This document shows, one piece after another, positions 6,551-14,521 of a stretch of DNA of 24,000 nt. Below the pieces are notes generated by a model, which was not told the origin of the DNA, ran no database searches, and was given only the letters and a program-made list of their open reading frames with translations. Position 1 is the first letter of the stretch, and every line of letters begins with the position of its first letter. The translations under genes and the position numbers were made by a program. This DNA is from Aeromonas rivuli (GTDB lineage Bacteria; Pseudomonadota; Gammaproteobacteria; Enterobacterales; Aeromonadaceae), in contig NZ_CDBJ01000001.1 of the NCBI RefSeq assembly GCF_000820045.1, positions 20,621-44,620 of the forward strand. The letters are read 5' to 3'.

Positions 6551-8122
6551 ATGGCCAAGTCCCCCGCCAAATCCACGATATGGGAGTTCCTGCAGAGTCT
6601 CGGCAAGACCTTTATGCTGCCGGTGGCCCTGCTCGCCTTCTCCGGCATCCTGCTCGGGGTCGGCAGCTCCCTCACCAGCGATGCGGTGAAGCAGAGCATG
6701 CCCTTCCTCGACAACATGGTGTTGCAGCTGCTCTTCCTCTGGATGACCAAGGTGGGGCTGGTGGCCTTCATCTATCTGCCGGTGATGTTTGCGGTCGCCA
6801 TTCCGCTCGGATTGGCGCGGGAAGAGAAGGGGGTGGCGGCCTTTGCCGGTTTCGTCGGTTATGCGGCACTCAACCTCTCCATCAACTTCTACCTGACGGT
6901 GGCCAATGTGATCGGTGACGGGGCGGCGGAGAAAGCCTACGGGGTGAAATCGATCCTCGGTATCAGCTCCATCGATACCGGTATTCTGGGGGCCATCATC
7001 GTCGGGGTCATCGTCGCCAAGCTGCATGCCCGTTTCTACACCTACCGGATGCCGGATGCGCTGGCCTTCTTCGGCGGTGCCCGGTTCGTGCCCATCATCA
7101 CGGCGCTGGTACTGGGGGTAGTCGGTCTGGTGGTGCCTCTGGTCTGGCCCTGGTTCGCCGCCGGTATCAACGGCATCGGTGCCGTCATCTCCCACGCAGG
7201 CCCCTTCGGTCCCTTCCTGTTCGGAACCGGTGAGCGTCTGCTGCTGCCCCTCGGCCTGCACCACATTCTGGTGGCGCTCATTCGCTTCACCGAAGCGGGC
7301 GGCACCCAGTTGGTGTGCGGCAACGAGGTGAGCGGCGCCCTCAACATCTTCTACTCCGAGCTCTCCTGCGCCGACACCACCGGCTTCTCGGTCTCCGCCA
7401 CCTCCTTCCTGTCACAGGGCAAGATGCCCGCCTTCCTCGGCGGTCTGCCGGGGGCGGCACTGGCCATGTATCACTGCGCCCGACCGGAGAATCGCGGCAA
7501 GATCAAGGCGCTGCTGGTGTCCGGGGTGGTGGCCTGCGTCATCGGTGGCATCACTGAGCCGCTGGAGTTCCTGTTCCTGTTCGTGGCGCCGGTGCTCTAC
7601 TTCATCCACGCCATCCTGACCGGTCTGGGTTTCATGACCATGGGGCTCCTGGGGGTCACCATCGGCAACACCGATGGCAATCTCATCGATTTTCTGGTGT
7701 TCGGGGTGCTGCAGGGCACCGCGACCAAGTGGTATCTGGTGCCCGTGGTCGCCGGGATCTGGTTTGCCGTTTACTACGGCGTGTTCCGCTTTGCCATCGC
7801 CCGCTTCAACCTCAAGACCCCGGGCCGCGAGATTGAGAGCAACGACGCCCCGCAACCGGCGGGCAAACCCGCGGGCAGCAGCGGTTACAACGGCGAGATC
7901 ATCCTCAATGCCCTGGGGGGCGCCGACAACATACTGGCGCTGGACAACTGCATCACCCGGCTGCGGATGTCGGTGCAGGACATGAGCCGAGTCGATGACA
8001 AGCTGCTCAAAGCCAATGGCGCCATCGGGGTGATCAAGCTCGACGAGCACAACCTGCAGGTGGTGATAGGCCCTCAGGTGCACCTGGTGAAAAACCAGCT
8101 GCAGAGCCTGATGGGGACCTGA
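6551..8122 (+). CDS. malX: PTS maltose/glucose-family EIICB component (MalX-like)
   Basis: 523-aa ORF with a polytopic EIIC-Glc-type N-terminal part and a C-terminal EIIB with the Cys loop LDNCITRLRM. AAGGA lies 8 nt upstream of the ATG. It is followed by malY and divergent from malI. Confidence 0.9.
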   Translation: MAKSPAKSTIWEFLQSLGKTFMLPVALLAFSGILLGVGSSLTSDAVKQSMPFLDNMVLQLLFLWMTKVGLVAFIYLPVMFAVAIPLGLAREEKGVAAFAGFVGYAALNLSINFYLTVANVIGDGAAEKAYGVKSILGISSIDTGILGAIIVGVIVAKLHARFYTYRMPDALAFFGGARFVPIITALVLGVVGLVVPLVWPWFAAGINGIGAVISHAGPFGPFLFGTGERLLLPLGLHHILVALIRFTEAGGTQLVCGNEVSGALNIFYSELSCADTTGFSVSATSFLSQGKMPAFLGGLPGAALAMYHCARPENRGKIKALLVSGVVACVIGGITEPLEFLFLFVAPVLYFIHAILTGLGFMTMGLLGVTIGNTDGNLIDFLVFGVLQGTATKWYLVPVVAGIWFAVYYGVFRFAIARFNLKTPGREIESNDAPQPAGKPAGSSGYNGEIILNALGGADNILALDNCITRLRMSVQDMSRVDDKLLKANGAIGVIKLDEHNLQVVIGPQVHLVKNQLQSLMGT

Positions 8123-8212
8123 TCGTCCGCGCCAGCAAGATAATGTCGGGGGCTGATGCCCCCTTATCCATTCTTCCTGGCCATTCGCCGCATTGATGGA
8201 GAAAAAAATAGC

Positions 8213-9409
8213 ATGCATGAGACTTATGACTTCGAGCGCCCGGTCGATCGCCACGGCACCTACTGTACCCAGTGGGACTATGTGGCAGACCGCTTCGGCC
8301 ATGCCGACTTGCTCCCCTTCACCATCTCGGACATGGATCTTGAGACAGCCCCCTGCATACGCGCGGCGCTGGCCAAGCGGCTGGAACACGGGGTGTTTGG
8401 CTACAGCCGCTGGAACCACAGTGACTTCAAGGGGGCGGTGAGCGGCTGGTTTGCCCGCCGTCATGGCGCCAGCCTCGACCCCGAGACCCTGGTCTATGGC
8501 CCCTCGGTCATCTATGTGGTCGCTCAGTTGGTGAGCCTCTGGTCGGCGCCGGGGGAGGGCGTGCTGGTGCACACCCCCGCCTACGACGCCTTCGGCAATA
8601 TGCTGGCGGCCAGCGATCGGGTATTGCTTCCCTGCCCGCTGCAAAAGAGGGAGGGGCGTTATCAGATCGACTGGATCTTTTTTGAGCAACAAGCCGCTCG
8701 CCCCGATTGCCGCATCCTGCTGCTGTGCAGCCCCCACAACCCCACAGGCCGGGTCTGGAGCCGGGATGAACTGTCCCGCATGGCCGCCATCTGTCAACGT
8801 CATGGGGTCAGGGTGATCTCGGACGACATCCATATGGATATAAGCTTTTCCCCCTACCTGCCCTGGAGCGAGGTGGCGGTGGATGATGGCTGGGCGCAGG
8901 TGAGCTCGGGCTCCAAATCCTTCAATATTCCGGCCCTTGGCGGCGCCTATGCCTTTATCCCTGAGGTGGCGAGCCGGGAAGGGTATTTACGGCAACTCAA
9001 GGCCGCCCATGGCCTCTCCTCCCCACCCATTCTCGGCATCCTGGCCCATATCAGCGCCTACCGGGATGGCGATGGCTGGCTCGATGCCCTGAAGCGCCAT
9101 CTGCATGGCAATCTGGCGCACGTTGCCGAGCGGCTCAATGCCGCCTTCCCGGCCATCGACTACCAAGTGCCCGAGGGCACCTACCTCGCCTGGATTGATC
9201 TCAACGGACTCGGCATCGACAGGGCGGAAAAGATGGATGCCCTGCAAAGCTTGCTGGTGGAGAAATACCGGGTCGCCATCATGCGCGGCGACACCTACGG
9301 CCCCGAGGGAACAGGCTTTATCCGCCTCAATGTGGGCTGTGCCAGGCAAAAACTCGACAAGGGGCTCGATGCCCTGATAAGCGCGCTGGGGGAGCTGCAC
9401 GCCAGATAA
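8213..9409 (+). CDS. malY: PLP-dependent C-S lyase (cystathionine beta-lyase family), MalY
   Basis: From the internal Met the product MHETYDFERPVDRHGTYCTQWDYVADRFGHADLLPFTISDMDLETAPCI... aligns closely along its length with E. coli MalY as I remember it (VVDRHGTWCTQWDYVADRFG..., SGSKSFNIPAL lysine motif). GGAGAA lies 8 nt upstream of ATG 8213. The track ORF start at 8156 adds 19 unsupported residues. Confidence 0.9.
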   Translation: MHETYDFERPVDRHGTYCTQWDYVADRFGHADLLPFTISDMDLETAPCIRAALAKRLEHGVFGYSRWNHSDFKGAVSGWFARRHGASLDPETLVYGPSVIYVVAQLVSLWSAPGEGVLVHTPAYDAFGNMLAASDRVLLPCPLQKREGRYQIDWIFFEQQAARPDCRILLLCSPHNPTGRVWSRDELSRMAAICQRHGVRVISDDIHMDISFSPYLPWSEVAVDDGWAQVSSGSKSFNIPALGGAYAFIPEVASREGYLRQLKAAHGLSSPPILGILAHISAYRDGDGWLDALKRHLHGNLAHVAERLNAAFPAIDYQVPEGTYLAWIDLNGLGIDRAEKMDALQSLLVEKYRVAIMRGDTYGPEGTGFIRLNVGCARQKLDKGLDALISALGELHAR

Positions 9410-9412
9410 ATC

Positions 9413-9432
9413 AAGCCGCCTCGGGGCGGCTT
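9413..9432. terminator. Bidirectional rho-independent terminator between convergent malY and the 264-aa ORF
   Basis: AAGCCGCC-TCGG-GGCGGCTT (8-bp GC-rich stem) starts 3 nt after the malY stop and ends 2 nt before the convergent gene's stop. T-rich runs follow it on both strands (GTTCATTT / GATTTATCT). Confidence 0.7.
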
Positions 9433-9434
9433 GT

Positions 9435-10229
9435 TCATTTCGAGGCCGCCTTTTCAGGCTGGTAGCGGGTCTGCTCAATCTGATCGAAGCGCAGGATCAG
9501 GGTGTCGCCCCCCTTGAGGCGATAGGCGCAGTGGGAGCCATTGCAGGCGATGCGGATATGGGGCTCATCCCCCAGCAGAGGAGATTGGCTATGGGCCTCT
9601 GTAAGCGGCCACTTGCCTTGTTCGAGGCGGGTTGTTTGGCTTTGTGCTTCTGAGGCACCTCGAAGGAAAAAGGCCAGAGCTAGCCAAATAGGCAACAGCA
9701 CTGCTAAAAACAGGAAGGCGAACTTGTTGTAGTTGTTCCCTAGCCAGACAAGTGTTCGGAAAAGAAATGGCGCTGGGTAGCGCCCAATTTTTTTCGCTCT
9801 TTTGATCAGCCAACGATAGAACATTGAGCTTTGCCACAGCCATGTGAGATGAATTCGCCAGCGGGGGCAGATGAGTAGAGTGATCGTCACTGAAAAAATC
9901 GTGAATATGCTACCCAACACAGGCCACATCCAGGGTTTGAGCATATTGAGAGTAGAGAGGAGGCCAAACGCCAGAAGATAATCTGCTGGCGGAGAAAACT
10001 CGGCATAGTCGAGGTTAAACGCCAGGGTATAGCCATAGTGATAGGCCATACCCAAGAGGTAGGTCGCTGCTGTCAGGGCAGGAATGGCCGCCATGACCAA
10101 TCCCGCGAAGCGCCAAGTCGTCCCCTTGTCTTCGGCTTCCTGCTCAGAATTATGCAATGTTTTTATATGCTGGCGCAGCCAGCGCCAACGGGCTGCGGCT
10201 GTTCGGTCATTCACTGGACGTTCCTTCAC
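9435..10229 (-). CDS. Hypothetical polytopic membrane protein, unknown family
   Basis: 264-aa ORF with a GTG start in the track. It has a charged N-terminus, at least 4 hydrophobic segments (e.g. FAGLVMAAIPALTAATYLLGM, FAFLFLAVLLPIWLALAFFL) and a soluble C-terminal segment of about 70 aa (...HIRIACNGSHCAYRLKGGDTLILRFDQIEQ...). The central part has visibly lower G+C. The start codon is uncertain. Confidence 0.55.
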   Translation of the reverse strand: MKERPVNDRTAAARWRWLRQHIKTLHNSEQEAEDKGTTWRFAGLVMAAIPALTAATYLLGMAYHYGYTLAFNLDYAEFSPPADYLLAFGLLSTLNMLKPWMWPVLGSIFTIFSVTITLLICPRWRIHLTWLWQSSMFYRWLIKRAKKIGRYPAPFLFRTLVWLGNNYNKFAFLFLAVLLPIWLALAFFLRGASEAQSQTTRLEQGKWPLTEAHSQSPLLGDEPHIRIACNGSHCAYRLKGGDTLILRFDQIEQTRYQPEKAASK

Positions 10230-10253
10230 TCATCTACTTGATACCTCAATTTG

Positions 10254-10541
10254 TCAGAGAATGGCGCGGCTGCGAAACAGCACCTTGCCGCAGGCAAGGC
10301 AGGTGTGCAGCAGGTGGTAATCTCCGGCGCCGGTCAGCGGGCTGAACAGCACCTTGTGTGAATCGCAGGCGTAGCAGCTGGCGTTCTCGTCATCCGCGGT
10401 GACGCACTCGGGATGCAGGCTGAGGTGCTCGGGCAGGGTGGGCAGCTTGTTCCAGTTGGGCTGAGTGACAGAGCGGTTCTTGAGAATGATGCTGGAGGTG
10501 ACCAGACCCGCCAGGGTGAGCACTACGTCAGTCAATTCCAT
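10254..10541 (-). CDS. Hypothetical small protein: N-terminal TM anchor plus Cys-rich zinc-ribbon-like domain
   Basis: 95-aa ORF. MELTDVVLTLAGLVTSSIIL is a hydrophobic anchor, followed by HPECVTADDENASCYACDSHKVLFSPLTGAGDYHLLHTCLACGKVLF (C, CxxC, CxxC). G/C-rich third codon positions are host-like. The stop lies 24 nt upstream of the next ORF's start. Confidence 0.5.
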   Translation of the reverse strand: MELTDVVLTLAGLVTSSIILKNRSVTQPNWNKLPTLPEHLSLHPECVTADDENASCYACDSHKVLFSPLTGAGDYHLLHTCLACGKVLFRSRAIL

Positions 10542-10699
10542 GAGCTTAAAGGCTCCGTCCGTGAGGGGCCGCAGGGCCGTGGGGCATGCGCAGGTGCATT
10601 ATGGTGCCTATCCTATCGGGTCGCAGGCTGGGTGCGCTATCCCCGTCCGGGTAGCCGGTACGGCTCGAAGGTTGGCTCCGTTCTCTTTAGCTGGTGTTG

Positions 10700-10726
10700 A
10701 AATAAACGAAGGGGCCCTCGGCCCCT
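10700..10726 (-). terminator. Rho-independent terminator of the mannose-locus PTS gene
   Basis: The minus strand reads AGGGGCC-GAG-GGCCCCT followed by TCGTTTATTT, about 30 nt downstream of the stop at 10756. Confidence 0.75.
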
Positions 10727-10755
10727 CCTGTTGCAAATCAGATAAAGTGCCCTCG

Positions 10756-12663
10756 TCAGGCAACCTTGCTGCTGCCTGTCAGGGTACGGGCCAGCAATCC
10801 TTCCGGGTTGTGGATGGCCTCCTTGGTCTTCACATCGATGATCTCGATCTCCTTGAAGCGCTCCCGGTTCTTGATGGCGACGTCGTGGGCCAGGATGACG
10901 TAGCGGGCGTTGGCCACGTCCTTGGCGGTGATGCGGTTGATGATGCCGTTGGCGCCCTGGGTCTCGACTTTCAGCTTGATTCCCTGTTTGGCGGCCGCCT
11001 TTTGCAGGCTCTTGGCGGCGAGGAAGGTGTGGGCCACGCCGGACGGGCAGGCGGTGATGGCGAGCACGTCCGCTTCCCCTTCCGCTTCGATGATCTGGTA
11101 GCCGCTATCGGCGGTTGTCACTGTCTCATCCTCGGTCACCGGCTTTTTCAGCAGATTGACGATCAGCGCCGTGGTCAGGGCACCGAGCAGGGTGCCCAGG
11201 ATGTAGCCCATCTTGCCTTCCACCACAGGCAGCACTATCCAGCCGCCCCAGGGGGCGTGGTTGATGCTGTGCATCATGAAGCCGGTGATGTTGCCGACGA
11301 TGCCGCCTGCGACGATGGCCGGGATGACCCGCACCGGGTCGGCGGCGGCAAAGGGAATGGCCCCCTCGCTGATGCCGATCATGCCCATGATGGCTGCGGC
11401 TTTACCCGCTTCACGCTCTTCTTTCTTGTAGCGACGGGGGGAGAGCAGGGTCGCCAGCGCCATGCCAAGGGGCGGCACGCAGATGGCGATGCCGACGCCC
11501 CCCATCAGCCAGGGCTGGGTGTTGACCTGGGTCTGGGCAAACAGGGTGGCGACCTTGTTGACCGGGCCGCCCATGTCAAAGGCGGTCATGCCGCCGAGGA
11601 TGGCCCCCAGCATCACCTTGCCGGAGCCTGCCATGCTGGAGAGCCAGTGGTTCATCCCGTCCATCATGGCGGCGATGGGGGCGCCTATCACCCACATCAC
11701 TATGCCGCACACCAGGAAGGTACCGATCAGCGGATAGATGAAGATGGAGCCGAGCGAACTCATGGAATCCGGTAGTTTTATTCGCTTGAGCTGATTGACG
11801 ATAAGCCCGGCGATGAAGCCCACCAGGATGGCGCCGAGAAAACCGGTGTGGAAGTGCTGCACCGCGATCCAGGAGCCGATCATGCCGGGCGCCAGGCCTG
11901 GCTTGTCCGCCATGGAGTAGGCGATGTAGCCGCCGAGCACGGCGGTAAAGAGGGTGAGCCCCGCTATCCCCATGTCGGCCATGTCCTTGAGCACACCCGC
12001 CTCGGGCACGGCGCCCTTGCCGCTCATCATCACCGAGAGCGACAGCAGCACGCCCCCCGCCACTATGAAGGGGATCATGTGGGAGGTGCCAAACAGCAGG
12101 TGCTGCTTGAGGGTGCCGAGCTGGGCCTTGATGCTGCGATCCTGGGGCTCAGGCACGCTGGGTTGCGGCGCCCTGATCTGGGCTGGCTTGTTGCCGGCCG
12201 CACTGGTGGGAGCCTGGGCCGCCAGCAGTTTGAGCACCTCGGTCTTGCTGGTGGCCGCCTGCATCCGGGGGATAAAGCCCGGCTCCAGCAGCTTGGTGGA
12301 GAGTTCGGCCAGCACCTCGATATGGTGATTGGCGCCCCCCGCTGGGGAGGCAATCATGAAGAAGAGTTTGGAGGGCAGCCCATCCTCAGCGCCGTAGTCG
12401 ATGCCCTGCGGGCTGATGCCGATGACGATGGCGGGCTGGAGTACCGCCTCGCTCTTGGCGTGGGGCAGGGCGACCCCCTGTTCAAACCCGGTATTGTCGA
12501 GGTTTTCCCGCGCCCAGAGATCGCGCACGAACTGATCCTGATTGCTTATCTTGCCGCTCGATTTAAGCCGGGCAGCCAGTTCCACAAAGAGCCCTTCTTT
12601 GTCTTTGGCCGCGATGTCGAGGCAGATCAGTCCTTCATCTATCAACGAGGTGAGCATGCGCAT
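10756..12663 (-). CDS. PTS fructose-family enzyme II with domain order EIIA-EIIC-EIIB; probable mannose-specific (ManP-like) transporter
   Basis: 635-aa ORF. The N-terminal EIIA has GVALPHAKS and the central EIIC has AFDMGGPVNKVA and GISEGAIPFA. The C-terminal EIIB has VLAITACPSGVAHTFLAAKSL. It lies downstream of manA and near an AraC regulator. The start is either 12663 or Met3 at 12657; both have a GGAG upstream. Confidence 0.9.
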   Translation of the reverse strand: MRMLTSLIDEGLICLDIAAKDKEGLFVELAARLKSSGKISNQDQFVRDLWARENLDNTGFEQGVALPHAKSEAVLQPAIVIGISPQGIDYGAEDGLPSKLFFMIASPAGGANHHIEVLAELSTKLLEPGFIPRMQAATSKTEVLKLLAAQAPTSAAGNKPAQIRAPQPSVPEPQDRSIKAQLGTLKQHLLFGTSHMIPFIVAGGVLLSLSVMMSGKGAVPEAGVLKDMADMGIAGLTLFTAVLGGYIAYSMADKPGLAPGMIGSWIAVQHFHTGFLGAILVGFIAGLIVNQLKRIKLPDSMSSLGSIFIYPLIGTFLVCGIVMWVIGAPIAAMMDGMNHWLSSMAGSGKVMLGAILGGMTAFDMGGPVNKVATLFAQTQVNTQPWLMGGVGIAICVPPLGMALATLLSPRRYKKEEREAGKAAAIMGMIGISEGAIPFAAADPVRVIPAIVAGGIVGNITGFMMHSINHAPWGGWIVLPVVEGKMGYILGTLLGALTTALIVNLLKKPVTEDETVTTADSGYQIIEAEGEADVLAITACPSGVAHTFLAAKSLQKAAAKQGIKLKVETQGANGIINRITAKDVANARYVILAHDVAIKNRERFKEIEIIDVKTKEAIHNPEGLLARTLTGSSKVA

Positions 12664-12741
12664 CTCCTGGCTCCGTCATGAAGCCGTTGTTATGGGGAAG
12701 TAATTGACCTGCCTATTGTTTCGCCCTTGCCTTCATGTGGA

Positions 12742-12777
12742 TATCGGACATATGTGCCCTTTACTGGATTTTTGTGC
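12742..12777 (-). promoter_or_regulatory. Conserved upstream element shared with the first PTS paralog (copy 2)
   Basis: Plus-strand TATCGGACA-N9-TTTACTGGATTTTTGTGC lies 79 nt upstream of the 12663 start, with 31/36 identity to 1921..1956. On the sense strand it reads TCCAGTA...N13...TCCGATA, two related half-sites whose start positions are about 20 nt apart. Confidence 0.45.
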
Positions 12778-13124
12778 CAAGGCGGGGAGCCTGTGATCCT
12801 GTTCGCATTTTTATATGGTTTGGCTGAGGGGAAGGAATTTACTTAATTTTGTTTAAAAACAGTTAGTTAATGAAGTTATGTTAAGGATGAGGCGACCATG
12901 CCATGGTTGGCAGGTAAAACAGGATGGAGATTTGTGTGCCATCACCACGGCCAAAAATGTGAGCGCTATAGCAAAAATGCGCTGGTGTAACAGGATATGG
13001 CGCTGTTGTTGTGCGTCGGCAGCCCCGGGGAGGGATCGGCGCCACACCACAGACCCTTGGTTCATCCGATGGATGGCGAGCGACCCGATCTGCACATCCA
13101 CGCAGCAGAAGAGGGAGGGGGCGG

Positions 13125-13155
13125 ATAAAACAAGGGCCATCTTCTGATGGCCCTT
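13125..13155 (-). terminator. Rho-independent terminator of manA
   Basis: The minus strand reads AAGGGCCATC-AGAA-GATGGCCCTT (10-bp stem) followed by GTTTTATCC, about 25 nt after the manA stop. Confidence 0.8.
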
Positions 13156-13180
13156 GTGCATTCAGGGGTCATGGCACCCC

Positions 13181-14392
13181 TTAGCTGCGATTGCCGGCGC
13201 GGGCGACCCGCCCCTCGGCCAGCAGCTGGTAGCTGCCGGTGGCGGCGGGGACGAAGGCGGACTGGCCCTTTTCGAGGCGCAGTGACTGCTTACCTTGCTG
13301 GAGGGTCACTGTGCCATCGATGGCAAACAGGATCTCGGCGCTGGTGGTGATGAGCTGGTGCCCACCGGCCGGGTAGACGCTGAAGGTGAAGTCAGGTACC
13401 GGCACCTCGAAGTGCAGTACAGCACCGTCGAGGCGAGGGGCCAGCAGGATCTGGTCATCCGGTTTGGCCACAAAACGGGTGCAATCGAGCAGCTCTGCCA
13501 CGTCTATGTATTTCGGGGTGAGCCCTGCCCGCAGCACGTTGTCGGAGTTGGCCATGATCTCGAGGCCGGTGCCGCGCACATAGGCATGGGGGGTGCAGGC
13601 ATCGAGGAACATGGCCTGACCCGGCTTGAGGGTCACCACGTTCAGCAAGAGCGGCGAGAAGAGGCCCACGTCTCCCGGATACTGGGCGGTCAGGCTGGTG
13701 ATGAGGGCAAAGGTCTCCTCATCCTGATGGGCGGCGGCATAGCTCAGCAGGCCCGCCAGGGCGGCTTCTTTGCGCGCGCCCTCCAGCACCAGCAACTGGT
13801 GGAAGAAGTGCTGCAACCCGGCTTCACCCTGATCCGCTGCGTGAGCGGCGGCGAGGGCCGCTACCAGATCGGCGATAGCCGCCAGCTTGACTCGCTCGAA
13901 CAGCGCCAGGATGGCGGGAATGGCGCGAAAGCCGTTCATCGCCTGATAGGGGGTGAGGGCAAACACCAGCTCCGGCTTGTGGTTCGGGTCTTTGTAGTTG
14001 CGATTGCTCGCCTTGGGCGAGATGCCGGCGGCCTCTTCCTTGGCAAAGCCCGCTTCGGCCTGGGATTTGCTGGGGTGTACCTGGATGGAGAGGGCCTTCT
14101 CGGCGCAGAGCACCTTGAACAGGAACGGCAGGCTGCCGAAACGGGTGAGGGTGGCCTCGCCCAGCACGGCGCTGGGGGCGGCCTCGATAACGGCGGAAAG
14201 CTTCTGCGCACCGCCCGCTAGGCTCACTTCGGAGCAGCCATTGGGGTGAGCCCCCATCCACAGCTCGGCCTGAGGGTTGCCGTCCGGATTCGGGATACCA
14301 AACAGGGTGGTGAGGGCGGCACGGCTGCCCCATTCGTAGCCCTGGATCGGGTTTTTCATCAACAGAAAGGAGGGAAGATCACGACAACTCAT
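13181..14392 (-). CDS. manA: Mannose-6-phosphate isomerase, class I
   Basis: 403-aa ORF. NPIQGYEWGSRAALTTLFGIPNPDGNPQAELWMGAHPNG matches the E. coli ManA N-terminus (NYAWGSKTALTELYG...MAELWMGAHP), and it also has LSIQVHP and the LRAGLTPKYIDV motif. GAGG lies 8 nt upstream of ATG 14392. Met12 (14359) is an alternative start. Confidence 0.92.
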   Translation of the reverse strand: MSCRDLPSFLLMKNPIQGYEWGSRAALTTLFGIPNPDGNPQAELWMGAHPNGCSEVSLAGGAQKLSAVIEAAPSAVLGEATLTRFGSLPFLFKVLCAEKALSIQVHPSKSQAEAGFAKEEAAGISPKASNRNYKDPNHKPELVFALTPYQAMNGFRAIPAILALFERVKLAAIADLVAALAAAHAADQGEAGLQHFFHQLLVLEGARKEAALAGLLSYAAAHQDEETFALITSLTAQYPGDVGLFSPLLLNVVTLKPGQAMFLDACTPHAYVRGTGLEIMANSDNVLRAGLTPKYIDVAELLDCTRFVAKPDDQILLAPRLDGAVLHFEVPVPDFTFSVYPAGGHQLITTSAEILFAIDGTVTLQQGKQSLRLEKGQSAFVPAATGSYQLLAEGRVARAGNRS

Positions 14393-14408
14393 AAGGGACG
14401 CCTCATTT

Positions 14409-14434
14409 AGTTTGAAGAAAGTTGTTTGAAGAAA
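14409..14434. repeat. Tandem direct repeat GTTTGAAGAAA x2 (period 14 bp) in the manA / AraC divergent region
   Basis: aGTTTGAAGAAA is at 14409..14420 and tGTTTGAAGAAA at 14423..14434. Both lie just upstream of the manA start codon. Confidence 0.6.
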
Positions 14435-14472
14435 AGGGTGGAATTGACGGTCCGGCCCGGACTATAACATGG

Positions 14473-14495
14473 GCGGTTGCGGCGGCCGCAACCGC
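14473..14495. other. GC-rich perfect hairpin (10-bp stem, 3-nt loop) in the leader of the AraC-family gene
   Basis: GCGGTTGCGG-CGG-CCGCAACCGC, 27 nt upstream of the ATG at 14522. It overlaps the TTG start used by the track for the long ORF version. Confidence 0.6.
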
Positions 14496-14521
14496 TTGCC
14501 TCTCTCTTGACCGGGATCATC

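Noticed and set aside
6338-8833. Long minus-strand ORFs 6338..7264 and 7412..8833, plus smaller ones, opposite malX/malY
   Set aside because: They are antisense to genes with strong homology (MalX, MalY). The translations are D/G/H/R-rich nonsense without motifs.
10465-12681. Plus-strand ORFs 10465..11775 (436 aa) and 11848..12681 (277 aa)
   Set aside because: They are antisense shadows of the 635-aa PTS gene. ORF 10465..11775 would also run through a terminator hairpin and the neighbouring gene's start.
12766-12780. Sigma-54 promoter resemblance (sense strand TTGGCACAAAAATCCAG)
   Set aside because: The -12 element is wrong (TCCA instead of TTGC). The paralogous copy at 1941-1958 has CGCAC instead of TGGCAC, so the conserved part is not the sigma-54 core.
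12853-13161. ORFs 12853..13161(-) and 12878..13147(+) in the manA-PTS spacer
   Set aside because: They overlap each other on opposite strands, and the minus-strand one starts inside the manA terminator hairpin. There are no motifs. A shorter version of about 70 aa with one hydrophobic segment is conceivable but unsupported.
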